A DNA stretch of 64,000 nt from assembly GCA_963741925.1 (NCBI GenBank), contig CAVUJU010000005.1, positions 2,472,534 to 2,536,533 of the forward strand. The letters run 5' to 3'. The translations under genes and the position numbers were made by a program. This document shows positions 25,761-36,054 of the stretch, piece by piece. The DNA is from an uncultured Acidobacteriota bacterium (GTDB taxonomy: Bacteria > Acidobacteriota > Thermoanaerobaculia > Multivoradales > DATKCC01). The notes below the pieces were generated by a model. It was not told the DNA's origin, did no database searches, and worked only from the letters and a program-made list of their open reading frames with translations. How positions within the stretch are numbered: the first letter of the stretch is position 1; each line of letters opens with the position of its first letter.

Positions 25761-27218
25761 TCAGGACGAGTGCGGAGGCTTCTTGTCGGCCTTCTTCGCG
25801 TCGCCCTTGGACTTGTCCACCTTCTCGGGCTTCGCGGCCTTCTTCGCCGGCGGCTTCGCAGCCTTCCTGGCCTGGTCCTCGGTCGCCTGCACCGCCTTGA
25901 CCTCGATCTGCTGTCGATTCCGCAGCTGCTGCTCGGCGCGCTGGTGCTCTTCCTGCTGCGCCTTCAGCTCGGCCGCCTGGCGCTGCGCCAACGCGTTGGC
26001 GTCGGCCTTGGACTGCTGCGCTCGCGCCAGCTCCTGGCGATGGCTCTGCTCGAGCGCTTTGAGCTGCTTCTGCTGGTTCTGCTCGAGCTTCTTCTGCTCG
26101 AGCTGGAACTGGCGCTCGTCGAGCTCGCGCGCCGGGGGCCTGACCCGCGGAGCCACCAGAATGGGGACCACGGCGTTGCCCTGGCGGGGCGGTGCCACCG
26201 CGGGCGGGCGGCCGGCCGCCGGGGCCGGCTCGTGGGACCGGCTCGGCTTGGGCTCCAACCTCGGCAGGCCGGCGTTGTTGCGCGGTGCCACACCCACCGA
26301 CTTCAGCCTGCTCTCCCCGGGCCGGTAGATGCTGATCACATCGCGTTGCACGCCCGTACGGCGAGGGTCGGGCGCGGTGACGACGCGCAGCCGCGGCGCC
26401 TTGCGGCCGATCGCCCGTTCGATGCGCTCGATCGGCACACCGTGGTTGACCACCCGGTTGTCGATCACCGTGTAGTTGGTGATGTTGGTGGTCTGGTGGA
26501 TGATCGTGATGTTGCGGGCCTCGGGCTCGATGTAGTCACCGATACGGGAATCGAGGAAGCGGCGCTCCTGGACGAAGGCGTAGCTGCGCGGTGCGATCCC
26601 GATGCTGAGGTTGAAGCCGCCGAGCCGGATACCGACCCCGACCTGGAAGCCGACCTCGGGCGGCAGGGGCGCCCAGCCGACGTACCCGTTGCCCTGCTGC
26701 CAGGACACCCAAGCCGGCCCCCAGTCGGTGCCGGGCACCCACAACCAGCCGATTTGCGGGTCCCAGGCCCAGCGGCCGTAGTGGTAGGTCGCCCAGCCGA
26801 ACGGCTCGTACGAGATCCAGGTCCAGCCGTAGTCGCTCTCGACCCAACGGCCGATGGAGTACGGGCGCCAGTTGGGGTACACGTTGCGCGGGAACCAGAC
26901 CCAGCCGTAGTAGGGATGCCGCACCCACTCGCCATAGGGAGAGAGCTCATCGTAGAAGAAGCCCACGTCGACGACCGGAGCCTGCCCGCGGTCGTAGCCG
27001 TACGGCGGCTGACGATCGTAGGGGTCGGAGGATTGGCCCCGGTACGGGTCGTATTGTCCCTGGCTGCCGGCGTAGGGGTCGGCCGGCTGGCGCCCGTAGG
27101 GATCGACCTGCCCCTGGCTGCCGGGCGAGCCACCGTATTGCCCTGTCTGGCCATACGCCATCGGGGTGGTCACCCCGACCAGCAGAGCCAGCACTGCGAT
27201 TCGAATCACGATCATCAC
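25761..27218 (-). CDS. Secreted Trp/Pro-rich protein (DUF6600-like) with coiled-coil C-terminus
   Basis: Signal peptide; FYDELSPYGEW, WRPY, GWATYHYGRW, WGPAWVSW, VGWAPLPP. Confidence 0.75.
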   Translation of the reverse strand: MMIVIRIAVLALLVGVTTPMAYGQTGQYGGSPGSQGQVDPYGRQPADPYAGSQGQYDPYRGQSSDPYDRQPPYGYDRGQAPVVDVGFFYDELSPYGEWVRHPYYGWVWFPRNVYPNWRPYSIGRWVESDYGWTWISYEPFGWATYHYGRWAWDPQIGWLWVPGTDWGPAWVSWQQGNGYVGWAPLPPEVGFQVGVGIRLGGFNLSIGIAPRSYAFVQERRFLDSRIGDYIEPEARNITIIHQTTNITNYTVIDNRVVNHGVPIERIERAIGRKAPRLRVVTAPDPRRTGVQRDVISIYRPGESRLKSVGVAPRNNAGLPRLEPKPSRSHEPAPAAGRPPAVAPPRQGNAVVPILVAPRVRPPARELDERQFQLEQKKLEQNQQKQLKALEQSHRQELARAQQSKADANALAQRQAAELKAQQEEHQRAEQQLRNRQQIEVKAVQATEDQARKAAKPPAKKAAKPEKVDKSKGDAKKADKKPPHSS

Positions 27219-27299
27219 GTTCCCCTTTGTCCAGTCTTGTCGCGAGAAAGGCTCGTCCCCAGGGCCGTGGCCCGAAGGCGTCTGGAGCCTTGACCTTCG

Positions 27300-27442
27300 A
27301 GGGTAGGCCTGCGGGCTCGGCGCGGAGAAGAGCACTTACTACCTGGAGGCCCGGATGCCCGGCGGCGTAGTTTCTACCCGAGTCGCGGCGCTGCCATTGG
27401 GTAGAAACTGCGCTTCACGGGAGCGCCCCGGGGCGCTAGATT
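27300..27442. promoter_or_regulatory. Divergent shared-motif promoters 7 (minus) and 8 (plus) around a central palindrome
   Basis: Central CGTAGTTTCTACC(27366-27378). Minus: GGTAGTAAGTGCTC TTCTCC-18 bp-TACCCT. Plus: GGTAGAAACTGCGC TTCACG-17 bp-TAGATT(27437-27442). Confidence 0.75.
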
Positions 27443-27508
27443 GTGCGATGGACCTGGGCGGACCACCGGTCCACGACACGGATCTTCGTCATCCGCAAAG
27501 GAGACACG

Positions 27509-27712
27509 ATGGCAAAGCAAGAGACGCGCGGCAAGGTGAAGAAGCTGAAGGGCAGGGTGAAGGAAGCCGCCGGTGTCATCACCGGGAACAAATCGCTGGA
27601 GCGGGAGGGCTCTCATCAACGAACCGCGGGCGCGGTCCAGGAGAGCCTCGGCAAGGCGGGGCGCAAGGTCGGCAAGGTTGTCGACAGCGTCGGCAAGGCG
27701 ATCGAGAAGTAG
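27509..27712 (+). CDS. CsbD family general stress protein
   Basis: AAAGGAG RBS; GKVKKLKGRVKEAAGVITGNKSLEREG. Confidence 0.85.
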   Translation: MAKQETRGKVKKLKGRVKEAAGVITGNKSLEREGSHQRTAGAVQESLGKAGRKVGKVVDSVGKAIEK

Positions 27713-27730
27713 GGGCGAGAGGAGCTTGCC

Positions 27731-28009
27731 ATGACCATGTCATTGTGGACCATCTTGCTGCTCATCGTGATCGCCGCGGTGTGCGGCGCCATCGGGAAGG
27801 CCATCGCGGGGGGCGCGCGCGGCGGGCTCATCGTCTCCACGGTCCTCGGCTTCATCGGCGCCCTCCTCGGGCCCTGGGTGGCCGGGAAGCTGGGTCTTCC
27901 AGAGCCCTTCATGGTCAACATCGGAGGGCATCCGTTCCCGGTCGTGTGGTCCATCATCGGCGCCGCCCTGTTCGTGGCGCTCCTTCACCTGTTCTCCCGC
28001 CGGAGGTAA
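27731..28009 (+). CDS. GlsB/YeaQ/YmgE (transglycosylase-associated) membrane protein
   Basis: Small hydrophobic protein with LGFIGALLG and SIIGAALF. Confidence 0.85.
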   Translation: MTMSLWTILLLIVIAAVCGAIGKAIAGGARGGLIVSTVLGFIGALLGPWVAGKLGLPEPFMVNIGGHPFPVVWSIIGAALFVALLHLFSRRR

Positions 28010-28013
28010 CGAA

Positions 28014-28217
28014 ATGTCGATCGCGAAAGTCTCTGAGATCAGTGCCACCTCGAGCAAGGGCTTCCAGGATGCCATCGAGCACGGGATCGCCCGGGCGAAC
28101 AAGACGCTGCGCAACGTGCAAAGTGCCTGGATCAAGGAGCAGCAGGTCCGGGTGACCAAGGGTGCCATCACGGAGTATCAGGTCAACATGATGGTCACCT
28201 TCATCATCGACGATTAA
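28014..28217 (+). CDS. Dodecin-domain protein
   Basis: EISATSSKGFQDAI...TLRNVQSAWIKEQ...YQVNMMVTF. Confidence 0.85.
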   Translation: MSIAKVSEISATSSKGFQDAIEHGIARANKTLRNVQSAWIKEQQVRVTKGAITEYQVNMMVTFIIDD

Positions 28218-28550
28218 GGGGCTCCGCCTCAGACCGACGAGGCGTCTTGGGCGTCTTGGGCTTGCTGAGCCGCGGGTCCCCCGCCCACGTCCGCCGATCG
28301 AGCCTGCGCTCGCCGGAACGGCTACTCCAGAACGTCGGATTCATCGGATCTCCCCCCTCACCCTCGATCCCTCTCCCACCCTCCGGGGGGAGAGGGACGC
28401 CACCTCCCGGTCTTGCCGCGTCCGAAAACTGGGCTCATTCGTCACGATTTCTGCCTGAGCAGACGACTGGAGAGGCTCCGCCTCAGACCGACGAGGCGCC
28501 TTGGGCGTCTGGGGCTTGGTGAGGCGCGGGTCCCCCGCCCACTTCGAGCG
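28214..28550 (+). repeat. One full plus one partial family A repeat
   Basis: GGCTCCGCCTCAGACCGACGAGGCG heads at about 28220 and 28474, hairpin, GTCACGATTT tail. Confidence 0.85.
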
Positions 28551-28558
28551 TCAGACCC

Positions 28559-29197
28559 CTACAGCAGGTCCTGCTCTTCGGCGTAGCTCACCAGCTCGAC
28601 CCTGCTCGAGAGGCCGAGCTTGCCCAGCAGGTTGGCGCGGTGATTCTCGATGGTGCGCACCGAGAGGCCGAGCAGCTCGGCGATCTGGCGGTTGGTGTTG
28701 CCCTTGGCGAGGAGGCGCAGGACGTCGAGCTCGCGGGGGGTCAGGTCGATCCCGCGCGCGCCGCGCCGGTGCTCCGTCGTCACGGGCTGGTGAAGGAGGG
28801 CGCGAGTCATCGACGGGTGCACGTAGATGTCGCCTTGACTCGCCGCGTGGATCGCCTGGAGGATCTCGGGCTCCTCGGCCCGCTTGATCACGTAGCCGGA
28901 CGCGCCCGCGCTGAGCGCCTCGTGCAGCAGGCCCTCGTCCTCGTGCATGGTGAGGAACAGCACCAGCAGCTCCGGATGCTCGTCCTTCAAGCGCTTCGCG
29001 GTCACGATGCCGTTGTCCGGAGGCATGGTGATGTCGAGCAGGACCAGGTCGGGGTGGAGCGTCCCGGCAAGGCGCAGCGCCTCCGCACCGTCTCCCGCCT
29101 CGCCGACGAGCTCGAGATCGGGATCGGCCTGGAGCAATGCCCGGAGGCCCGACCGGACAACGGCGTGGTCGTCAGCGATCAGGATGCGGATCGGCAC
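28559..29197 (-). CDS. NarL/LuxR-family response regulator
   Basis: IADDHAVVR and LLDITMP receiver; LTPRE...TNRQIA...TIENHRANLLGKL HTH. Confidence 0.93.
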   Translation of the reverse strand: MPIRILIADDHAVVRSGLRALLQADPDLELVGEAGDGAEALRLAGTLHPDLVLLDITMPPDNGIVTAKRLKDEHPELLVLFLTMHEDEGLLHEALSAGASGYVIKRAEEPEILQAIHAASQGDIYVHPSMTRALLHQPVTTEHRRGARGIDLTPRELDVLRLLAKGNTNRQIAELLGLSVRTIENHRANLLGKLGLSSRVELVSYAEEQDLL

Positions 29198-31325
29198 TCG
29201 CCACCTCCACCACGATCGTGGTCCCTGCCCCGGGCGCGCTCTCCACCGTCAAGGTGCCGCCCAGGGCCTCGGCCCGCTCCTTCATCCCGAGGAGACCGAG
29301 GTGATCCCCGCGCTGCGCCCGGTCCGGCTCGAACCCGACGCCGTCGTCCTCGACCATCACCATGACCCGGTCCCCGCGGTGCTCCGCCAAAACGTCGACC
29401 CGGGTCGCGCCGGCGTGGCGCACGACGTTGGTCATCGCCTCCTGGACCACCCGGTAGAGGGCCGTCTCCACCGCGGACGGGAGACGCTCGCTCGGGAAGC
29501 CACGCGCCTTGAACCGGACCGTGAGGCCGAGCTTGGACGCCGCCGACCGCGAGTACTGGCGCAGCGCCGCCACCAGCCCAACGTGATCGAGGCTCGCCGG
29601 TCTGAGGTCCGCGGCCAGCCGGTGCAGGCCGTCGATCACGGCGTCGGTCCTCTCCACGAGCTCCGCCACCCGTCCCTCGATGCTCCGACCCGCGTCGATC
29701 TCTCTCTCCAGCAGGCGGAGCCCATAGCGCAGCGATACCAGGGCCTGACCCGCCTCGTCGTGGAGCTCGCGAGCGACCAGGCGTCGCTCGCTCTCCTGCG
29801 CCTCGACGAGGCGGCGCGAGAGCGCCTGCATGCGCACGGTCGATGCCTGCATCTGCTCGAAGAGGACCGCGTTCTCGACCGCCACCGAGGCCTGGGACAA
29901 CATCGCCTCGGCCACCTTCACGTGCCCTTCGTTGAAGTAGCCGGGCTCGCGCTTGGAGAGCGACACCAACCCGGCGACATTGCCCCGCGCGAACAGCGGG
30001 ACCCCCAGCCAGCTCACCTCCGACGAGCGATCCGCCGGCAGGCTCCAGTCGGTGCGGGCGCGGATGTCCGGAATCAAGACCGCGCTGCCGGTCGTCAGGA
30101 TGGCTTGGATGATCGGGTGATCGCTCGCCTCGAAATGCGGTCGCTCCTCGGCCGGGAGGGGAACGACGCGCTCGCCGTCGAAGATCGCCCGGACCGACAC
30201 GCGCGACGCATCCTCGACCACCATGACGCGGGCGCGGTCGAAAGGGACCATCCGGAGGAGCCGATCGAGGAAGGTCGTCAGCACGGTCTCGCGGTCGAGG
30301 CTCCGGGTGAGCGCCACGGTCGCCTCCCGCAGCGCGTCCGCGACGTGTCGGGCGCGCTGCTCGGCCTCGTACGCGAGCCGGCGGTCGGTCACGTCCCGGG
30401 CGACGCTCAGAACGGACGGCACCCCGCCATCCGGCCCGGCCTCCGGAACCAGCCGGCAGTCGAAGTGCCGCGTCCCGTCCGGGCCGGGGAACGCGAGCTC
30501 GAGCCTCTCGGACTGTCCCGTCGCGAAGACTGTCCGCAGGGCTGCGTCCCACGCTTCGGTCGACTCCGGCGGCCACCCCATCTCCCGGTTCCTCTTGCCC
30601 ACGTAGTCCTGTGGAGAGCAGCCCGTGACCTGGCGGATGGCCGGGCTGACATAGAGGACTCGCAGATCAGGGCCGAAGCGCGCGACGACGTCGGGCAGGC
30701 TCTCGACCAGCGTCTCGAACGTCTCCTCGGCCTGGCGCAGTTGCGTAGCCCCCTCGCGCACCTCCCGTTCGAGGGCGGTGCGGTTCGTCTCGAGACCGTT
30801 GACGGTGCGGCTGCTGAGCATCGCCCCGGCGGCCATCTCGGCGAACACCTCGGCGAGCTGGGAGTCGGCCGCGGAGAACCCGCCGGGCTTGTCGATCAGG
30901 CCGAGGAGCCCGGCCACCTCGCCGGCGATGAGAATCGGCGCGAAGAGAGCGCTCCGCGGGGCCGAGGGACGGCCGGGAGCCGGCGTCTTCGCCTTGCGTT
31001 TCGACAAGTCGTTGGCGAAGACGGCCTGTCCGAGCTTCGCGGCGCGCTCGCTCAGGCGGCGAAGCGGCGCCGGCAGGGGAGCGGACGAGTCGAGATCGAG
31101 GTTGCCGGGATCGAGGAGGACGACCTCGATGCCCGTTCCGTCCTCCTCACACTCCGCGACGAGGCCGGCCTCGGCACCGAGGATCGTCTTGCACGCCTCC
31201 GCGATCGCCCTCGCCGCGTCGGCGAAGGCCCGGTTCTCGAGCACCGCGTGCGCGGCCGCCAGCAGCGCGGCGACCTCGCGGCTGCGGCTCGCCGTCCTCC
31301 CCTGCACTTCCGGTGACGTCCTCAT
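29172..31325 (-). CDS. GAF-PAS-GAF HisKA_3 sensor histidine kinase
   Basis: ARELHDEAGQ, QEAMTNVVRHA, DDGVGF, GLLGMKERA; overlaps the NarL-type regulator gene. Confidence 0.9.
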   Translation of the reverse strand: MRTSPEVQGRTASRSREVAALLAAAHAVLENRAFADAARAIAEACKTILGAEAGLVAECEEDGTGIEVVLLDPGNLDLDSSAPLPAPLRRLSERAAKLGQAVFANDLSKRKAKTPAPGRPSAPRSALFAPILIAGEVAGLLGLIDKPGGFSAADSQLAEVFAEMAAGAMLSSRTVNGLETNRTALEREVREGATQLRQAEETFETLVESLPDVVARFGPDLRVLYVSPAIRQVTGCSPQDYVGKRNREMGWPPESTEAWDAALRTVFATGQSERLELAFPGPDGTRHFDCRLVPEAGPDGGVPSVLSVARDVTDRRLAYEAEQRARHVADALREATVALTRSLDRETVLTTFLDRLLRMVPFDRARVMVVEDASRVSVRAIFDGERVVPLPAEERPHFEASDHPIIQAILTTGSAVLIPDIRARTDWSLPADRSSEVSWLGVPLFARGNVAGLVSLSKREPGYFNEGHVKVAEAMLSQASVAVENAVLFEQMQASTVRMQALSRRLVEAQESERRLVARELHDEAGQALVSLRYGLRLLEREIDAGRSIEGRVAELVERTDAVIDGLHRLAADLRPASLDHVGLVAALRQYSRSAASKLGLTVRFKARGFPSERLPSAVETALYRVVQEAMTNVVRHAGATRVDVLAEHRGDRVMVMVEDDGVGFEPDRAQRGDHLGLLGMKERAEALGGTLTVESAPGAGTTIVVEVASADPHPDR

Positions 31326-31654
31326 CGGTTCAGTCTCGCGTGGCGGCCGGCGAAGCGGAGGCCGTCGGCCGGCAGGCCCACCGTCGCTCGGCGGATGCAG
31401 AAACGAGGGGCCTGGCTGCGACTTCGTGAATCAAATGATACCAGCCTCGGGCGCGACGCAGGTTGCAGCGCATCCGCTCCGGCGGGTCGTGGTCAGGTTC
31501 GATGGCGCCATCGAATGCTCGATCCCGAGCTCGGAGCTGGCCCGCTGGCCGAGCTCGACTCGCGGCTGGGGGGAGCCACGAGCCCGCTCACCGAGACGGC
31601 CACCTGCCGCGCTCCGGCAGCGTCGACCTGCGGCTGCGCCTGAGTCCGATGCGG

Positions 31655-31744
31655 TCAAAACCAGCTCTCGATCTTGCTGCGCGACGGCACGCCGCCGGCA
31701 TGCACGACCTGCCCGTCGAGCACCACGCCGGGGGTCGACAGCAT
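31655..31744 (-). pseudogene. C-terminal remnant of a small thioredoxin-like redox protein
   Basis: MLSTPGVVLDGQVVHAGGVPSRSKIESWF resembles MTH895-like C-termini; CxxC N-terminal half missing. Confidence 0.65.
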
Positions 31745-31758
31745 TCGACCCACCCGAT

Positions 31759-32796
31759 TCAGAGCATGGCGTTGAACAGGTAGCCGACGAGCAGGATGCC
31801 GGCGGCGACGACCGCGACGAACGCGGCGATCAACCGCCACTTGAGGACCTTGCGCAGGATGACCATCTCGGGCAGCGAGAGCGCGATCAGGCTCATCATG
31901 AACGCGAGGACGGTGCCGAGCGCAGCACCTTTGGCGAGCAGCGCCTGGACGATCGGAATGACCCCGGCTGCATTCGAATACATGGGCACGCCGATCAGGA
32001 CGGCGAGGGGCACCGACCACCAGGCCGCCTTGCCCATGAAGCCGGCCATGAAGTTCTCCGGCACCCAGCCGTGGATCGCGGCGCCGATGGCGATCCCGGC
32101 CAGGATGTAGGGCCAGACTCTGCCGACGATCTCCCGCACGCTGGCAACGCCGGCCGCGATCCGTTCGCTCGAGGTGAGCACGGTGAGGTCTCGGGAGGCT
32201 TGCACGTGTGGCATGTTGCGCACCCAGTCCTCCAGGGACGGCTCCATCTTCAGGCGGCCGATTACCCATCCCGCGAGAATCGCGACCGCCAGGCCGAGAC
32301 CGAGATACAGAGTGGCGATCTTCCAGCCGAACATGCCGAAGAGCAGGGCGAGCGCGACTTCGTTGACCATCGGCGCCGAGATCAGGAAGGAGAACGTGAC
32401 TCCAAGAGGTACTCCGGCCTGGACGAAGCCGATGAAGAGGGGCACCGCCGAGCAGGAACAAAACGGCGTCACGATACCCAGCCCCGCCGCCATCACGTTG
32501 GCGACGCCCTCGGTGCGGCCGGCGAGCAACGCGCGGGTCCGTTCCGGCGTGAAGTAGGAATTGATCATTCCCATCGCGAAGACGACGCCGGTGAGGAGCA
32601 GGAGCACCTTGGGGGTGTCGTAGAAGAAGAACACCAGAGCGCTGCCGAGGTGGCTGGCGCGATCCACGGGCAGGGTCGCCACCAGGGCCTCCGAGGCGGG
32701 GCTCAGGAACCGATAGGTCGCGAACCACAGGACGGCCGCGAGCCCGAGGAAGGCGCGGGGATGCTGACGAGGCAACCGCAGGGTGAGCGTCGTCAT
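31759..32796 (-). CDS. arsP: ArsP/DUF318 family permease
   Basis: TPFCSCSAVP, FLISAPMVNE, GVPMYSN, ALSLPE. Confidence 0.85.
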   Translation of the reverse strand: MTTLTLRLPRQHPRAFLGLAAVLWFATYRFLSPASEALVATLPVDRASHLGSALVFFFYDTPKVLLLLTGVVFAMGMINSYFTPERTRALLAGRTEGVANVMAAGLGIVTPFCSCSAVPLFIGFVQAGVPLGVTFSFLISAPMVNEVALALLFGMFGWKIATLYLGLGLAVAILAGWVIGRLKMEPSLEDWVRNMPHVQASRDLTVLTSSERIAAGVASVREIVGRVWPYILAGIAIGAAIHGWVPENFMAGFMGKAAWWSVPLAVLIGVPMYSNAAGVIPIVQALLAKGAALGTVLAFMMSLIALSLPEMVILRKVLKWRLIAAFVAVVAAGILLVGYLFNAML

Positions 32797-32851
32797 CGTG
32801 CGGTCCTCTCGTGCCGTGCTCCGCTCCCGATCGCGGCGAGCGGCGACCTGT

Positions 32852-33934
32852 TCACGCTCGATCTCCAGTAGCCGGCGTCAGGCCCGCTGCCTCTGGGCCC
32901 CAAAGGCGCTGGAACCGCAACGAGACGTTGACCAGCCCGATGAGCACGGGCACTTCCACCAAGGGGCCAATGACCGCCGCCAGGGCCGCACCGCTCCCGA
33001 TGCCAAAAGTGGCCACGGCCACGGCGATGGCCAGCTCGAAGTTGTTGCTGGAAGAGGTAAAGCTCAGCGTGGCGGTCTGCGGGTACGAGGCCCCGACCTT
33101 CCTCGACAGCCAGAAGCTGACGAAGAACATCACCACGAAGTAGATCAGCAGGGGGATCGCGATGCGGAGGACGTCGAAGGGCAGCTTCACGATCATCTCG
33201 CCCTTGAGCGAGAACATCACCACGATGGTGAAGAGCAGCGCGATGAGCGTGATGGGACTGATCTTCGGGATGAAGCTCGTGTGGTACCACTCCTTGCTCT
33301 TCAGCTTGATGAGCGAGAACCGCGTGAGCGCCCCGGCGATGAAGGGGATGCCAAGGTAGATGAAGACGCTCTTGGCGATCTCGCCGATGGTGATGTCGAT
33401 GGCTACACCCTCGAGGCCGAACCAGGTGGGCAGGACGGTGATGAAGAGGTAGGCGTAGAGCGAGTAGAAGAGCACCTGGAAGATGGAGTTGAGAGCCACG
33501 AGGCCGGCGCAGTACTCGGTGTCGCCCTTCGCCAGCTCGTTCCACACGATGACCATGGCGATGCAGCGAGCCAGGCCGATCAGGATCAGGCCGACCATGT
33601 ACTCCGGCTCGTCGCGCAGGAGCAGGACCGCCAGGGCGAACATCAGGATCGGGCCGATGACCCAGTTCTGGACCAGCGACAGCGCGAGCACCCTGGTGTT
33701 CCGGAAGACCTGGCCCAGCTCTTCGTAGCGCACCTTGGCGAGTGGTGGGTACATCATCAGGATGAGCCCGATCGCGATCGGAATGGAGGTCGTCCCGACG
33801 TTGAATTGGTCGATGAACGGGACGACGCCCGGAATCAGGTACCCGCCGCCGACCCCCACGGCCATGGCGACAAAGATCCAGAGCGTGAGATATCGGTCGA
33901 GGAAGGAGAGTCTTGCGGCGACGTGCTCGCTCAT
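32852..33934 (-). CDS. acr3: ACR3-family arsenite efflux transporter
   Basis: [45 protein letters not shown]. Confidence 0.95.
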   Translation of the reverse strand: MSEHVAARLSFLDRYLTLWIFVAMAVGVGGGYLIPGVVPFIDQFNVGTTSIPIAIGLILMMYPPLAKVRYEELGQVFRNTRVLALSLVQNWVIGPILMFALAVLLLRDEPEYMVGLILIGLARCIAMVIVWNELAKGDTEYCAGLVALNSIFQVLFYSLYAYLFITVLPTWFGLEGVAIDITIGEIAKSVFIYLGIPFIAGALTRFSLIKLKSKEWYHTSFIPKISPITLIALLFTIVVMFSLKGEMIVKLPFDVLRIAIPLLIYFVVMFFVSFWLSRKVGASYPQTATLSFTSSSNNFELAIAVAVATFGIGSGAALAAVIGPLVEVPVLIGLVNVSLRFQRLWGPEAAGLTPATGDRA

Positions 33935-33946
33935 CTGGTTCTCGTC

Positions 33947-34510
33947 CTAGTGAAGGTCCGTCTCAAACTGACTGCGTCCGAAAACTCGGCTCGTTCGTCA
34001 CGATTCTGGCCTGATCAGACATCTAGACCAGGAGCCCGAGGGCCAGGAACCAGCCGTACCCAGGACCTGAGCTGGACAGGTCTCGCGCGGAGGCGCAGAG
34101 GCGCAGAGGCGCGGCCCTGGAGTCGACCCGAGCTCGGCGACACCTCGGAGGGGCCCCGAGTCGTAGACGCTCCACCGAATGCAGCAGGCCCAGCCGTCCT
34201 CCTCTGCGTCTTTGCGCCTCTGCGCGAGAATAGGACGCGTATCCCGCGAGCCTGGCGAAGCTCCGCCTCAAACCGACGAGGCGCCTGAAGCGTCTCCGGC
34301 GCCACGGGCCGCTGGTCCCCCGCCCACGCCGGTCGATCGAGCCTACGCTCACCGGAACGGCTTCTCCAGACCGGTCGATTCATCGGATCTCCCCCCTCAC
34401 CCTCGATCCCTCTCCCACCCTCGCGGGGGGAGAGGGACGCCCCCTCCCGGGCTTGCCACGTCCGAAAACTCGGCTCATTCGTCACGATTTGGCCCAGGGT
34501 AGACATCTAG
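33947..34510 (+). repeat. CTAG-bounded mosaic: deleted A, then B, then A
   Basis: CTAG at 33947, 34023 and 34507; B unit (about 34027-34251) nearly identical to 36737-36961. Confidence 0.85.
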
Positions 34511-34525
34511 TCACTCGTCTCTTCT

Positions 34526-34972
34526 TCAGCGGATTTCCTGGTAGACGGCTGTGCGGCGTCGGGTCGAACGGGTTCGCACGCCCAGCGCCTCGAGGTCGAG
34601 GTCGGCGGCGCACAGGGTCGCGACCGGCACCCGGCGCAGGCGTGCGACGACGTCGCGGTCGGACTTCACGGTCGCATCGGCTGCCAGCAGGTCGAGAAGC
34701 GGCGGGAGCAGCGCCGCGCCGGCCCCGTCGTCTCGCAACCGATAGAAGACGAGCTTCCCCTCTTTGCGCTCGGCGACGAGGCCGCCCCGAGAGAGCACCG
34801 AGAGGTGCTGCGAGACGGTCGAGGGCGCGAGTGCCAGGATGGCGGTCATCTGACAGACGCAGAGCTCGCCGCCCGCGAGCATCGCCAGCAGTCGCAGGCG
34901 TCCCGGATGCGCGAGGCCTTTGGCCAGCTCGACGAGGTCGTCCAGGCCGGTATCGGGTCGTCGGTTCGTCAT
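34526..34972 (-). CDS. arsR: ArsR/SmtB family metalloregulator
   Basis: KGLAHPGRLRLL, ELCVCQM, STVSQHL, GKLVFYRL. Confidence 0.9.
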   Translation of the reverse strand: MTNRRPDTGLDDLVELAKGLAHPGRLRLLAMLAGGELCVCQMTAILALAPSTVSQHLSVLSRGGLVAERKEGKLVFYRLRDDGAGAALLPPLLDLLAADATVKSDRDVVARLRRVPVATLCAADLDLEALGVRTRSTRRRTAVYQEIR

Positions 34973-34993
34973 GTCACGAATTATAGTCGTGAC
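34973..34993 (-). promoter_or_regulatory. Probable ArsR operator enclosing a consensus -10; leaderless arsR
   Basis: Perfect 7-7-7 palindrome GTCACGA-ATTATAG-TCGTGAC; minus-strand TATAAT lies 7 nt before ATG 34972. Confidence 0.75.
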
Positions 34994-35205
34994 GCTCCGC
35001 CGGTCGCCACCCGAACGGGTGGGATTCGGCATTCTTGCGGGCGCCGGGGCGTCGTCTCCGATGGAGCGTGACGACCTCGATCAGCGCGTTCGAGCTGCCG
35101 AGCGGTGCCCGAGCTCCAGAACGAGTGTGACGAGAGCAGATGAGCCACGGAGGCGTCCGCCGGAGATGGCGACGGCCGCACCGCTGTGCTAGCTTCCGCG
35201 CCGAG

Positions 35206-35823
35206 ATGACGGAGAAGCTCCTCGGCGCGCTCGCCGCCCTCATCACCGGCACCATCCTGCGGCTGGGCTACGGCGGCGTGGTCCTGTTGATGGCCGTCGA
35301 GAGCGCCTGCATCCCCCTGCCCTCGGAGATCATCATGCCCTTCTCGGGCTACCTGGTGGCGACCGGCCAGCTGGTGCTGTGGGCGGTGGCGGTGGCGGGG
35401 GGGCTGGGGTGCGTGCTCGGCTCGGTGGTGGCCTACTACGCCGGCGCCTGGGGCGGCCGGCCGCTGGTGGCCCGCTACGGGCGATACCTCCTGATCTCCC
35501 CGCACGACCTCGACCTCGCCGACCGCTGGTTCCAACGCCACGGCGACATCACCGTCTTCGTCGGGCGGCTGCTGCCGGTGGTGCGCACCTTCATCGCGTT
35601 TCCCGCCGGCGTCAGCCGCATGGCGATGGGGCGCTTCCTCGTCTACACGTTCGCGGGCTCGGTGATCTGGTGCTGGGTGCTGGCCTGGATCGGCCTGAAG
35701 CTGGGCGAGCACTGGCACACGCTCGGCGTCTACTTCCACCGCTTCGACACGGTGATCGGCATCCTTCTGCTCCTGGCGGCGGCCTGGTACGTGCGCCGCC
35801 ACCTGCGCCACCTGGCCCGCTGA
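35206..35823 (+). CDS. DedA family membrane protein
   Basis: ESACIPLPSEIIMPFSG, GRLLPVVRTFIAFPAG. Confidence 0.92.
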   Translation: MTEKLLGALAALITGTILRLGYGGVVLLMAVESACIPLPSEIIMPFSGYLVATGQLVLWAVAVAGGLGCVLGSVVAYYAGAWGGRPLVARYGRYLLISPHDLDLADRWFQRHGDITVFVGRLLPVVRTFIAFPAGVSRMAMGRFLVYTFAGSVIWCWVLAWIGLKLGEHWHTLGVYFHRFDTVIGILLLLAAAWYVRRHLRHLAR

Positions 35824-36054
35824 GGCTGACGGAGCGCCGGCGGCGCGGGCCACCCGCAGGCGCGGTGGACGACGGCGCCGCCCCAGCAAGGCGCGCGACC
35901 GAGGCAACCCCGGAGGTCTGTCGCAGGGAGCGCAACGCCGCTGGGGTGGAGGCCGCGGCGCCCGCCTGCGGCCGTAGCTCTGCCACGGAGTACCAAGGGC
36001 CCGCCGGACACGCCGTGGAAGCTCGTTGCTCGTCACCGAGACGGGCGGATCATC

